A stretch of DNA of 64,000 bases from Raillietiella orientalis. Lineage: Eukaryota. The stretch spans positions 11,842,001-11,906,000 of the forward strand of contig JAYWIR010000001.1 of NCBI GenBank assembly GCA_036172245.1. Direction: 5' to 3'. The notes under the pieces were generated by a model. That model saw only the letters and a program-made list of their open reading frames with translations, searched no databases and was not told the origin of the DNA. A program made the translations under genes and the position numbers. This document shows, piece by piece, positions 37,558-50,502 of the stretch. The first letter of the stretch is position 1, and each line of letters begins with the position of its first letter.

Positions 37558-38288
37558 CAAGCGTTGCGGGTTCGAATCTCCACCTGGAAGATCAAGGCCA
37601 AGAAAATGGTGAGTCGTGGGTTTCGAGTTCCACCCGCAAGATGACGCTGGCTGGGTGCGGCTCTGGTGGAAAACGAATGCCCCGCTGATTTGAAATGGAC
37701 CCTACGAGGTCCGTCCAGGAAACCAAGGAGACAGCTCCCTTTGGGGTTCTCCTCCGGTTGTAAAACAAAGCCGTCCCCCTTCGGAGAGACCCTCCATCGC
37801 GTACCCGTGGGGCCGACTGATACTCCCCTCGGAGGTCGCCTCCCCAGAGTGTCAGAAGCTTTCTGCTCTCTTCAAGGTTCTCTTCAGAGAAGGAAGCAAG
37901 GAGTGGATCCTTTCCAGGTTCCCTTCGGGGAAGAAATGGGGAGTGGACCCCTCCAGTGGTCGCTCTGGAGAAAACAAGGAAGACATTCCCTTCGGGGTTC
38001 CTTTCGGAGACGAGCAGGGCGAAGGTGCCCTTCAGGGTTTACTCACGAAGCGTAAGAGGAACGGGTTTCTTCCACTGGAGCCTTCCTGGATTCATAGGGT
38101 GATCCCTACGGAGTTGCACCTCCCATAACTTGGAGACCGACACGCGTCCTCGCACCGACAGTGTCAAAGAGCTTCTGGTTGAGCCGCTCCTAAGGAGGCG
38201 GTTCTTCAGCACTAGGCGAGACAAAAAGGCGAGAGAGAAAGCTGGAAAGAAAGAAAACATAAGAACCCCGAAAGATTTCCATCATCAG
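37558..38288 (+). repeat. Family A copy 3
   Basis: Two tandem B-box-like motifs (GCGGGTTCGAATC; GGGTTTCGAGTTCC...CAAGATGACGCTGG), array units, the 22-bp core, A-rich tract and GATTTCCATCATC. Confidence 0.8.
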
Positions 38289-38319
38289 ATGGTAACCATA
38301 ATCCCAGCAAGATGGGAAG

Positions 38320-39175
38320 TGACCTGAATGAAGAAAGTATTTGGGGCGTGGACAACTCGGGAAGTGACAGACGCTGCAATCCCGAGTGTCCCACCCCACG
38401 GACTTTTCTACACTAGAGGGAGCTTCTCGGCATCCCTCCGGAGGAGGGGAAGCAGCCCCCAGCGTGCTAGAGCAGTGGGGCCCTTCCTCTCGAGTGACGG
38501 GAGTCGGCGTTGATGGTGGAGCGTGGGGGGATCCCGTGCAAAGCACGCCTCGCTATTGAATGCAGAGGAAGGGTGGGTGCTGAGTGGAAGGTCCGGGAAG
38601 AAGGGAACCCTCCCGCACCTGCTGTTAGACCGTGATGCCCTCCTACCCTTTCGGGATCACCTCGCGGCGGCACTAAGAAGCCCGGCGGGTGGTTCCAGGG
38701 ACATTTTCAAATGTCTCTTCGAGCGCGGTGCTGCCCTGCCTCCACCCTCGGCCCCCGCAGTCCTCTTGATGGCTCCACACGATCACAGCGGCCTGAAACG
38801 CGGGAAGAAGAAGCCGAAGTTGCAGGGACGCTATCTACTGGGCGCAGTTCTTCCTGAGAACCGCCTCGAGATGGCGACGCTTGGGCGCTATGCGGAAGGA
38901 CCCTGCCAGCATCCTGGACAGGGTGCTGGCAGAGGACGCCTGTCAACGTACCGGTCCCCCTTCCCCCCTCCCCTTATACGAATTCCCCTCACCTTTTTTG
39001 CTTGTTTATTAATTTATTTATTTTTTTCCCACCGCCGCGCTGGCGAGGCGGACCTCGCCGGTCTGCGCGCTGCTCTTCGGCAGATTCGTTGGGCATGATA
39101 GAACCAAGGGTTCCTCCAGACAAATGTACTTTTATTACTTTACGTAATGAATGCCTCGGCATAACCGGGTGATGA
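38320..39175 (+). mobile_element. 3' fragment of the same LINE family, immediately after family-A copy 3
   Basis: Degenerate Zn finger (KGTLPHLLLD), DNA similarity to the 14.5 kb and 46.1 kb copies, T-rich UTR, and terminal AATGAA-TGC-CTCGG-CATAA-CCGGG-TGA at 39146-39172. Confidence 0.8.
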
Positions 39176-41498
39176 TCATCCGAAGGCTACCGTGAGACCA
39201 CAAAGAAATCAACAGATTGACCGCCTCCGTTTGCAGACGAGAAGGAACAGTTAAGGGCGTGCGGGTGTCAAGTTTGTGGGATCCGGTCCGTTTCTCACGC
39301 AGCAGGTTTGAAGGTGAAGACTCCTTAGGCTACGAGGAAAGACGCCAGGACTCTTGATTGAACTCGCAAAAGAAGCATCCCGGAAGGAAAAGACGAGTCA
39401 GGCGAACAGATGGGAGGCTCGTCGTGTGATCAGGAGGAATGCCGTGGTAAACCATGATGGCCGCTTTATGGACAGCTGGTGCATTCCTGTTCAGAAACGA
39501 GAGAGGCATTTCTCTTCGCCTCCGTTCCTCAGGAAGGCGACTCTGTGGCCCCTTCCGGCAGCGTCCTCCTCGGACGGAGGTACGCCCGTCCGAGAAGGAT
39601 GCAGACACGGTGGCGCCCCTCCTCGGATCGGGTGTGCGCCACCATGTCCGCGAGCACCTACCGCAGGCGCCCCAGCCACCGCACAGGCTTCCTCAAGTGG
39701 CGCAGCGTCAGGTTCCTACCTCTCTGGGCACCTCCTCCACCGACATCATCGTAGGCTGACCCCCTACCTCTTGCTTCCCTGGAGTTTCGGAACGCCCAGA
39801 AGGGCCTTCCCTGCGCGAGGTGCCTGCCCGCGGCCCTCGGTAGCAGGTGGACCTCGCAGTACGGCGGACTCAGCCTTAGTCAGGACGATGGTTGTCACGC
39901 AGACAGCCCAGTGAAGCACGACGGCAGACTGAGAGCCGATGACGTCATCCTGAAGACGAACGACCAGAATGCCAGCCGGATGAAGTCGGCCATCGACCTG
40001 CTGCGGAAGAAAGACCAAAGTCCTCCACTTCCACCGCTGCACGACGACCTGACCTTACTCCGAAGGGGGAAGCTGTTCGCCCTCAGCTCCGCCCTTCCCG
40101 GAATACAAGGGCAGCGGCGGTCTTCCCGCAGGAGGGAAAAATTAAAAAAATGCTGCTTCCCAAGTGTTTCCCAGTTTCGGACGGGATCGGGTAACCGGGG
40201 GCCAACAAAACGTCCATCGGAACCAGCGTCCCAAGCAAACAGCGCCATCTGTCTCAAACAGAAGACCCCGATGGTGTTCTCCTTGAGCACAGCTTCGCCC
40301 CCCTTTAGGAACCTCCGGGCGATACCTGCGGGCGATCGTTGCATCTCTCCGCCTCGCCAATGCATTCGGAACAGCGTCGTGCGGGCTCGCGCGAAAGACT
40401 CCAGAGGAAGACGAAGGCGAGACCCACATGAGGGCGCATCCGAGTTGGCCTCCGTATGGGAGAATGCCCTGGCCTCCAGGAGAGTCCAGGCATCAAGGAG
40501 AGAGACATATTTCGAGTTCTCTCGTCTCTCCACCGAAGACGTTCCCTGCAAGCCGAAAGCCCATTCGGTGGGAACGCCTTCCTTGCCTAGGCAGTCCGCC
40601 GCCTCTGAAGGAGTTGGGAAGAGAGTGAGCCAGTGATGCGTTCTAGAGACGCCAGGGAACGGCCTCCCGAGACCTGAAATGGGAGCCTGGGGAAGTGTAC
40701 CATCCTGTATTACTCGTCGCAGACTTTTACAGAATCTCGGGAGACAGCCTTCCAGCGCAATGGATGAGTCGCCTCACATTTCCAGCTTATGGAAGTTTTC
40801 TAACGCTCGAGGCACTGTTGAGCTGGAGGCGTTTCGATCCGAACCCACCGACTATCACAGCCAAAGCAGAGGCCACCTAAGAGTTTTATGCGCTCACCCC
40901 GGTACATTTATTGAAAAGTAGATCACAATTCAGAGGGGAACGGCGTACCCTCAATACAAAGGATGCCCCTCCCAAACCAAAGGTCATCGGGGATGACCAC
41001 CGGTAAGTAGGATGGCTCCTAAACAAGTAGGGAATGAAGGGAAGGAACAATAAGTGAATAAGAAAAAACGGGGGTCTTTGGTGTCGAATGTTCCATTCTT
41101 CCTAGAGGAGGCTGTGTGTAGTGTCGATCTCTCTGATGTCTTTTGGCAGGTGAGGCGCCTCCTTGAAGCCGTCCTCCTGAAGGCGGGTTCCAAGCTGGTG
41201 GCTTCCCTTCGCTGCGAACGAGACGTCAATACATGGCGGACTGTCATTATGGGTCGTGGATGCAACAAGTGGTTGCCATCACAGCTCCGCGTAGGTCGGA
41301 AGTGTTGCGCGCTCCGCGAGGTGAATAACCTACGAAGTGTGTGGTAGTGTTTGGCGGCTGCGCGATGACCTCGGAGCCTCACGGGCTAGCTGCGACCTCC
41401 CTAGGAGGAGGAGCGGAAGCCTCACCACTCGGGGAGAGGGAGGTGGACTCTGCCCCCTCCAAAGAAGGATCGTCTTCTTCCAGTGGGAAGACCTGGAG

Positions 41499-43040
41499 CA
41501 TGGTAGCTTCGGGGCCCTTGCCTGCGGCTGCTGCCGAAGCGCAAGCCTACCAAGCCTCAGGCTATAATCCATGCCTGAGATATAAGGTAGGCTCTTTGTA
41601 TGACCCTGCGGTCACGCGCTCCTTCTCGGATGAGCTATAGCGACTGCAAATAAAACCGGAAGAGCTTTGCGCGCTCTCCGTTCTGGCCGGGGGAAGGGTC
41701 GTTGAGGTGGTTTGCAAGGACGCTAGCCTGGCCCAGAGAATATTGCGAACCCCGATCGTGATCGGAGGGCGCCAGCTCTTCCCCGTAAAGGAGGACCGTT
41801 CCCTGATCGTGCACCTCACCGGCATTACGGTAAGGACGACCAGAGAGGCGGTCCACCGGAAATTGGAGGAGTTCGCGACGGTGCACGCACTGTGGAAGAA
41901 GTCCTGAGTCTTCCCTGCATACCAGGGACCAATAGGTCTGATCAGTGGCCTCGCAGCGGCGCGCATTACCATCCGCGAAGGGGGAACGCTACTCCACGGA
42001 TTGGACGTCCACGGGTTCCCCGTCGACGTCTGGTACGAGGGGAAGCCCCTTGTGTGCGCCCACTGTAGTAAGTCGCAGCACCGGAAGAGGGGGTGCCCCG
42101 AATTCGAGTGCTACCGTTGCGGCGCGAAGGGTCACATCCAGTTCGTGTGCCCCTCTTACGGCCGCCATCCGGTCAAACATGCATCGGCCACAAAGAAAAA
42201 GAAAAAAAAAGAGCGAAAATAAAAAGAATGGAAAAAAAATATAAGAAAAATCGAGCTCTCGCAGCCGATTCCGCATTGGAGGCGATTCCGGAAGGTGACC
42301 CGCAACCAACGGCATCCGCCACACCTGCATCTGCGGCAAGCAGCCATGTAGAAGTCGAGGGAGGGGAAGAGGAAGCAGACTGGGTGCAGGTCACCTATCG
42401 GAAAAAACAAAAACGGGAAAAAACAAGGCGAAGAAACCGCAGATCGCTCGCGAAGTCATTCCACGCCCCGCGAAAATAAAGAGTGGTAGCTGCGGCTCAG
42501 CATACCGTCCCACCTCCTACGGAAAGCGACAAGGTGGCACCACCCGCGACCGAAGGCACGGTAGACGGGACCTGCAACACGCAGATCGTCAAGGTTGTTG
42601 ACCTCGACGACGCACCACCAGCGGTGCCTAGCGACAGTCCTGCAAACCTCCTGCCAGCCTCTGGAAAGCGGCCTAGCGTCATGACGCGCGCGGCCGCGAG
42701 AGCCGCTCGGGACGCTATAAGCGGGCCCACCGCGAAAGAATCGCTCTGCCCGACCGAGGTAGAGGCGAGCGCGGAACCGGCGCCTCCCGTACAGAGACCA
42801 CGCCACACGTCAGCGCGCCATTCCGAAACGGTCCACAGGGAAGTATCCTGTGGGAAGAACGACGCTGGTTCTAACCCAGAGAAGATGGAAGAAGGCTCAC
42901 GGGACTCCTCCGTGGAGACAATCCCGCCCTTCCCTCTGCACGGTGAGGAGGGCATAGGGCGCGCACGGACGTCCGGGAAATGCCTTTCCCCAGCGGGAAC
43001 GTGTCCCCTGCAATCCAGAAGGGGGCCACACTGCCAGATT
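41499..43040 (+). pseudogene. LINE ORF1 (gag-like nucleic-acid-binding protein), disrupted
   Basis: One reading frame runs across 41341-42222 with in-frame stops at 41638 and 41905. It contains VWYEGKPLV-CAHCSKSQHRKRGC-PEFE-CYRCGAKGHIQFVC (two CX2CX4HX4C knuckles). A basic, low-complexity tail follows after a frameshift in an A-run. Confidence 0.85.
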
Positions 43041-43062
43041 CCCAGCAGTAATACGCGGAGTC

Positions 43063-46000
43063 GTGTCCTCCCGTCGTTTGCGCACGGCCGTTTGGAACCT
43101 GAACGGCTTGGGTGACGTCGGGGAAAGACGCGGCAAAGTCCACTCCCTACGAAAATTGGCGCTCCTCCAAGAGATCCACATGATCTCGGACGAGGATGCC
43201 GCCGACTTCGAACGGATCGTGGGCGGAAAGCTGCTTTGTCGGTGTGGCACCCGCAACTCGAGCGGGCCAGTCTTCCTGATACAGTCAGCCACCATGCGTA
43301 CGTTACATAGCGTACGGTTCGACGCGGAAGGTCGGGTCGGCCAGCTTGTGATCAAGTGGTCCGACTCGATCGACCTCACCATTACCAACGTCTGTGCGCC
43401 GAGCGGCTCCCACCTGCACAGGGAACGGAAAGACTCTTTCGACTCCCGGCAGCGCGGATGAATGGATGACAGGCGTGTGCAAGGTCCTCCTGATTGCAGG
43501 CGACTTCAACATGCTCCTGCTCTCAGGTGGGAACATCGCCGAACTCCACCACGTCAACGAGCTGTGAGCGTCCGTGCGCACGCGCAATTTGTTTGACGGC
43601 GACCGGGAGGCGGAAAACAGCATCGACCGACCACGTCTTCCTCGACAAGCACCTGCACGCACGGGTGGATCGCCGAGTCAGGATGCCGTCGGAGCTGTTG
43701 GACCACCCCCGAGTTGAATTTGAAATACTGCCACGCCAGAAAGGCCCCCGTCCTCCGCGTGGAATATACCGGGAGACTGGATGCGCCTCCCGAGGCCGTG
43801 AAGCACCTCCATGGTTTCTTGCGAGGAGCAGCAGTGCAGAGACTCGAGGACTGGGATGCTCTGAAGCGCTCGGTTCCAGAGTTCTGCGAAATATTCTCGG
43901 TAGACCGCCTCCCCGCCGGCTTTGAGGACGGTATGCGGACGAGAGGGCTCCCTTGCAGGCGCGACTGTGGCAGAGCGGCCAGACGTACGCCGTCTGGCAG
44001 AATTCCTAGCGGAGGCCGAGCGGCAGGCCTGAGAGTCCGGCTCGTCCACCTTGCTGGAGGAAAAGGGCCTGGAGTGCTCGGCTCCACAGTAGGTCAAGAG
44101 CATTGTGAGCAATTACTACTCCTCTCTTTACGCAAAGGTACCACTGGTACGCGACTTCTCGAGGCGTTTGCTTCCAGAAGGTGCTCCAGCGTTAGGGGAG
44201 GAGGCGCAGCAGCGGCTCGCGGAGCCTTTCTCGATTGGAGAAATCATCGGCGCCATCGGAAAGCTCCGGAAGAGAAAAGCACCAGGGGAAGACGGCCTGC
44301 CCACAGAGTTTTACCAGAGCTTTGTGGCAGAGTTCGCGCCCCTGTATTTGCAGAAAATGTAACTGCTGACGCGGGAAAAGGGAGAGGTTCCTGCATCGTT
44401 CTGGTCAGCAAAAGTAAGGCTCCTTCCAAAGGGAGGATAGCTACGCAACATCGGCAACTGGCGGCCAATTGCTGTGGTTAATACAGACGCCAAGGTGCTG
44501 GAAAAGCTGTGGTCCGAGAGAATCGGACGGGTGGCCGAAACCTTCATAAGTCCGGAACAGACGTACACTGTCTCCGCCCGATCGATGGAAGTCAACCTGT
44601 TCCTAGCGCAGATCTGGCTCGCGTTGCTACAGCGGGGTGATACAGCAGACCGGGGGAATCCTCGATTCCCCAAGAGCTCCTCCTGGAGCTTCAGGAACGC
44701 TTGGGACTCCCAACCGTTTTCCTGGCCTATCTGCGCTCTAGCAGGCGCTCCACGCTGATTAATGTTTTTTTCAACGGCCGGCCCGTGTACGGCATTCCGG
44801 TGCGGCGCGGCGTGAGACAGAGAGACAGTCTGAGCCCCTTACTCTTCAGCACCTACTTCGAGTTGGTGCTGAGAGCGTACATGGATACTCTGGCTTCCCT
44901 GCCGAGCTCGTGCCCCGGTATGCCAGCCGTGTCAGTCGATGCAGATGACCTCTTGCTGCTGCTCCCCATGTCTTCCCCTTCAGACGCACTCGAGGAATTC
45001 TTCGAGCTGTTAAGTAGGGGAGCGGGCATGGAGGTAAACAGAGCAAACTTAAGCGTGTACCCGGTCGGCGCTACGTAGGCTGGGCAGTCAGACTGGGTCC
45101 ATTTGGAGATTCCCATGGTTCTGCACTTCAGGTACCTAGGGGTGCCGCTGGGGGACGTTTCCCCCACCGGAGCGTGGTCCTGCTGCCTCTGGAAATCGGG
45201 GTCGGTGCTCGGCCCGTTCCAAGGAGGCAACTTCCGTTTGCCGGAATGGGCAGTCATTTGGAACACTTCTGTGACCCCTGTCTCTGACCCCTGCATTTTG
45301 TTTGCCCCACCCACCCCGGTGTGGTGAAAAGGACGAAGGACCTCCTTCGAATAGCCCTCTGGGGCAATGGGAAGTCCCGAGTCCGATTAAAAGACTTGTG
45401 TGCTCCTTGTCTCGAGGAGGAGTTGAACTCCTGACGTTAGAGAGCATGAAAGTTCAGTTGAATTTCCGAAGACTGGCCTTCGTGGCACAGAACTGAGCCA
45501 CCCATTGGTGCGCTCCTGCATGTTTGCTCTCCCGGTTGGCGGTCGGTGGCCAAGAACTCGTACCCTGTTTGCGTGTCACCACCCCCGGCTCTCATCTTGG
45601 GGCTTCCCTCTCCGATGTCGCTGCTCTGGTGAGAGCGAACACGGATGGATGGACTTGGATTCGCTGCCGCCCTGCAGATGGCCGGTCTGGCGGCAGGAGA
45701 AAGTGAGGACGTGGGCCCAGATCACCCGGGTCCCGTCGGAAGTTACCCGCTGCCAAGAGTTCCAGAAGAACGGCGGAGGAATACTGGAGGCGGTGGGTAG
45801 TGAGTGTTGGCCTACCCACCAGCCACCCCCTTCGCCGCAGCGGTGTCCTTTTCTATCGAAGTACATGGCATCTGCCTACTGGCGAAGTGGGAGGTTTCCT
45901 GCGAGATCTCGGCCCGCAGGAAGCCTTTCGGTGGCGGGACACCGCGTGAGCTGGCTGACGTGGCAACATCAAGAACCGCCTCCAAAGGACTGGAACCTTG

Positions 46001-46510
46001 GGGAAAACTCTTCTCCATTCGGCCCAACGAGTTGGAAGTGCCCACAGTATTTATGGGCAGGAAGCTGCTTCCCCTCAAGTGACAGCAATCGGCGCTGCTG
46101 ATGCAGCACTGGGGTCTTCCGTGCAATTCGCGCCAGCACCACTGGACGAGGGGAAGCGCATCGCCGAACAGTGCCAGATGCGGAGAGAAGGAGACATTCC
46201 CCCACCTCATAGTGGAGTGTATCGCCCTCTGGGAATTGTGGGAGCGTTTCTCTGCGTCCCTTCCTCACCCCGTGGACGATCCTAGAGACTCTTCGTGCGG
46301 GACGCCATGACGCCCGCAGCTTCAATCGCAGCGCTGTGATGTGTACGCGGTGTCGTCGCGGCAGAGTGCGACGCCGAGGGAGGTCAGAGCGATAAGGAAG
46401 CTGTCCTGCATGCCATCCGCTTCCTGCAGATAGCTTTGAGCTGGCCCTACCTGAAAAGAGAGGAGGAGCTCGTCAGCTCACGGATTCAAAGGCCTCACTC
46501 ACGACGAAAT
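43063..46510 (+). pseudogene. LINE ORF2 (APE endonuclease - reverse transcriptase), disrupted
   Basis: APE motifs: VWNLNGL, LLQEIH, NVCAP, IAGDFN, IDHVF. RT motifs: KAPGEDGLPTEFY, NWRPIAVVNTDAK, GVRQRDSLSPLLF, (V)DADDL, FRYLGV. Post-RT RGGVEL motif and C-terminal CARCGEKETFPHLIVEC. Confidence 0.92.
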
Positions 46511-47869
46511 GTGATCCCTTCCTTTCCCCCCAACTAATTTTTGTTTTTTTTTGGTTGCTTGTTATAGTTTGTTTTCATTTTATATTTTTGTTTCATCCCC
46601 CTTCCCCTTCGTGGACGTGATGGACTTCCCCAGCCTCCTCCCTTCTTTCTAGTGTAACAATGGGAATTGGTGGGCCATCGGCTCCATAGATTCCTGTAAG
46701 AGAATAAATGTCCCGGTGCATCCGGGTGTGAATCACAGCGCCCGTAAGCCGTCTAAGATGGAAGTCTGTCCAAAGGTCCGGAGGATGTTCTTCATTCCTA
46801 GTCCCATCCTTCATGGCAGGTTGGTGTTACATGAAAAAGGAAATCGGAATGAGTCCTCTCCTCTTCTGCACAGAGCAGAAAATGACTGCATTTATGGGGA
46901 CCGTTTGCAAGGATGAGTTGGTCTCTTGCGATTCGTAGATGAGGAGGACGCTTGAAGGTCCTTCATTCAAGATGGCTGTCGTTCCAAGCTGCTGTTATTT
47001 GCCCTCACGCAGCACTTTGGACTCTTTCTGGAGGCGGCACGATGCTGGGAACACCCACGGGAACGGATCTCGGGACGAGGTTTATGTCTGAACAAAGGTC
47101 TGAATGTTCCGCAATCCGATCCCGTCCCCCCTTTGCAAGTCCTCTGGATCTGCAAGGGGGAGACGAACGAATCCTGAAGACGGGAGAGCCACGACACTTG
47201 CGTGAGCAGGCACGATGGGAGTTCGACGAAGAGAAGGAGCCAGAGATCTCGACCTTTGGCCACAGCATGCATCCGAAGTGCATACAGCTGGCGTCGGGGC
47301 CGTGGAAACGCAGATCGGAATGGCATCTCCTTCTTCTTGCCGATGACCCTTCGGCCAAGGGGAGGCCACGCTTCGTGTAGGGTGGTCAGCGCTTCTTGCT
47401 CACGGGAAGACTTTTGAATTCGCCTAGACGAACTGCTACGCGAGCAGCGGGCCCCCGGGAGCCGGTGCGGATCTCCTGGACTCAAGCTGCCCTCACGGTG
47501 CAGGACAAGACTCCAGCAGAGCGCATAGGTCTTCCAGGCAGTCTTCCTGACCTATCTGTTGCTCACGGCCGTCATTTCTTTCAGTGGTCAGCTCGTGCGC
47601 GGGGCGGGGACGACCCAAGATGGCTCAGAGCCACAGTGCAGAGTGGATGCACCTGCATCTCCGCACTCCGCCGGAGATCCTCCAGGCGTCGCAGTTGCAG
47701 TCATGCCCCCGATCGCTGCTGTCATCCTGGAGCTAGGTCCTTCCGTGGGGTTTGCTTTTTTCATGTTTTCTGATTTATCTGAAGGCGCTCTTCGGTGAAA
47801 GCAGAACGCTACTTATAGAGAGGCGACCTCCGGGTGGGCATCAACCATCCTCATGGTGCGGTTCCATTT

Positions 47870-48105
47870 CCACCACCAGAGGGGAAACCCCGAAGGGAAC
47901 CGCCTCCTTGGCTCCTAGAGGGACCGCGACCCTCGACTCGCAATCCCAGACACTCATCGGGAACTTCAGGTTTTAATTCACTACTAGTGCCGCATCCGAT
48001 AGAGGCCAACCCTCGTCATCTTGCAGGGGGAACTCGAACCAACGACACATCCATTTCTACGGCTTCGATCCTTCCCCCGGTGGGATTCGAACCCGCAACG
48101 CCTGG
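47870..48105 (-). repeat. Family A copy 4 (5' part only)
   Basis: Reverse complement reads GGCGTTGCGGGTTCGAATCCCACC...GGTTCGAGTTCCCCCTGCAAGATGACG...CCCGATGAGTG...CAAGGAG...CCCTTCGGGG. Confidence 0.75.
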
Positions 48106-50419
48106 TACATGCGCGGGCATGCACACGATCATAAAGATCGTCGAAAAGGTGTGCTTGTGCATGCCTATCATTACTATTTATGATACCTATTAATCTTTAT
48201 AAAAACATATGTATTCATGTATTTATTTTTTATAATATTTCGAGATTTCAGCGTTCGGGGTTTTTTGATGGGCACCTCCCAGATCTTCAACGACACAGCA
48301 GCTGTTACGCGGATTCCTGATGGGCTGTCACGCAAATGAAAACCACGAGCGCACGCACAGGACCCTTACGTCTCTGCAACGCGGGAGACACCACTCCCGA
48401 AGTTGGCGACTCCTCTCCCAGTTTTGCCCTCCAAAGCGCTCCCTACTGGCTCGCGGAGCGACTGTTCCGTGAATGCTCCCCCATCCCCCGAAGGGAAACA
48501 GCAGTTTGGCGGTCCAAATCTGGGAATCTTGGTTGCTATGCCACCTGCATTTTCAGGAGCACCTTCATGCTGGCGCTCCAGCATCAGTGAAGCAATGCTC
48601 GAGGCAACTGACTGTGCAGCTTTCCCAGCGAGTCGTGGATCCAGCTGTCGTCGAGTTGGGAGATGTTTATTCCCGTTGCAGGAGAGTCCCTTCAGCATGG
48701 GGTGCACGTTCGATGGCTCAATAAAGTCATCAGGTTAAAGGAGTTTCCGGGATCCAAGGAAGCGATGACGATGTTGGTACCCGAAGCCGGAAAGAACGGC
48801 TGGTTGCGCAAAGATGACCTAGCATTTCTGGCAGGCATCACTGCTTCCGTCAACGAGAGATGGAGGTCGGACTTCAGGGTCCCATGGAGTTAACGAACTC
48901 GCTCTGGCGCAACGCCCACCGTCTTTCACAATGAAACCGAGCTTCGAAGAACCGGCTTCCTAGCAACGACCCAAGCATTTCGCCACACCGCAACCGGGGA
49001 TTGCAGCCTCGTGAGAGAAATCGGAAGAGAGAGCGAAAACGCAGGGAGGAGCTTGCCAACAGCTTTTACGGCTCTCAAAGAAACTCAGATGAACTTTTCC
49101 TGCTCCGTTCTCGGTACAACCAGAGCGAGGGTTCTTTCCTTTCCAGCACGGGCTAATCGATGTACGAGCCCAATGTTGATTCACTCGGCGACTTCGCTCC
49201 TGCTGGCTGCGTCTTGTGACACCTGCCCTCTCCCGTGGGACACAGGTCCCAACCGTGTTATTGCAGAAGGGGAAAAAAAAATACACACACACACACATCC
49301 TTTCGTAAACGGAAAAGTGACTACAGCGAGATGCGAAAATGAAGATGGACTACCTTTCACCTACAAGCAAGGATGGGGGTCCTCCGGAATCAATCTCTGC
49401 ATCGATGTTTCATAATCGCGAGCGGATGTAAGAGAGCTTGTACGAGGGGAGTAAACACGGGAACCTCATTAAGATGCATGCATTTCTAATCAGCCACAAT
49501 CGTGAGCAAGCAAGTATCGAAAATTAACATTGGATATCTCTTTGGTTTAATCTGTGTGTGCGCACGTTTTTTTTTTTGTGTGTGTGTGGAGCACACATTG
49601 CCGAGCAGGATCATTGATTCCAGAAAAATACATAATGAACGGAAGTCGATTCTCCGTTGTTTTGGCAGCTGTTCTTAGAACCAGAAAAAAAAGGCGAATG
49701 TTTTACACCCAGATATGGGTGACGTATGGGAAGCAAGTTGTGAGCAACAAATCTACTCAGTGTGATCCTGCGGATCACTGAGACTGAGATCAGGACTCCG
49801 AAGAAGGAGTCCTGATCTTTTTGGTTCCCCTTGACGAATACTCCCTATTCATGTTTTATCCACGCATTTGTTCTTACTCCCACCTGTTTTACGCAATTCC
49901 CTTTGAGTCCTTCTCCAGTTTTGACATCTCGATTGCTTTAACGGAACTAATAGTTGGTTCGGTGACTTTAGAGGACATCTATTTGAGTAAAAGAAATGAA
50001 AATCGGAAAAAAAAAAAAAGGGGTAGGTGTGTGTGGGGGGGGAAGGGGGGAGGGAACGACAAGTGTAATTTTTCAATTTAACATTCGTCCTGTCTGGGAT
50101 TTTGATCCCTCGCACATTTCTTACACGGCATGCGAAAAGGTCCTCCTCGACTGTTCTAGCGTGTGGTGCAAACATGAAGAGAACTTTTCGTGAAACCTTG
50201 GGAACAAGCGTGGCGGAGTCTTTGCTGTTTGTTTGTCTTCCATTCCTGACTACTCGTTTGCCAAAGCTAATGGCAGCATCCGACGGTGATGCCAATCACC
50301 AGAAAGAGCAAAGGAGCCGGGCAAACGGGCTTCTGGCATCGAAGTACTGCTTCTGAAATTCTCGCCTGAAGGTGCTGGCGTTTTTTATCTTTGAAGAGAA
50401 AGGAAAATTTACAAGAAAT

Positions 50420-50421
<2 letters not shown>

Positions 50422-50499
<78 letters not shown>
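50422..50499. repeat. Compound microsatellite (AC)n(AG)n
   Basis: Directly visible. Confidence 0.98.

Positions 50500-50502
<3 letters not shown>

Larger units (their letters stand above)
41400..46730 (+). mobile_element. Near-full-length degenerate non-LTR retrotransposon, L1/Tx1-type (ORF1 with zinc knuckles; ORF2 APE endonuclease + RT + C-terminal Zn finger)
   Basis: Ordered domain remnants ORF1-APE-RT-CCHC, then a T-rich 3' UTR and AATAAA + terminal hairpin at 46703-46728. Many stops and frameshifts. The 5' boundary is approximate. Confidence 0.93.

Noticed and set aside
48070-48140. Intact tRNA gene at the GGTTCGAATCCC motif (also 17445, 37568, 55400)
   Set aside because: Only the T-arm/B-box is present; I could not build acceptor, D and anticodon arms or find a clear A-box.
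49787-49822. Bacterial rho-independent terminator or bacterial contamination
   Set aside because: No prokaryotic gene upstream and the window is clearly eukaryotic; kept only as a hairpin observation.
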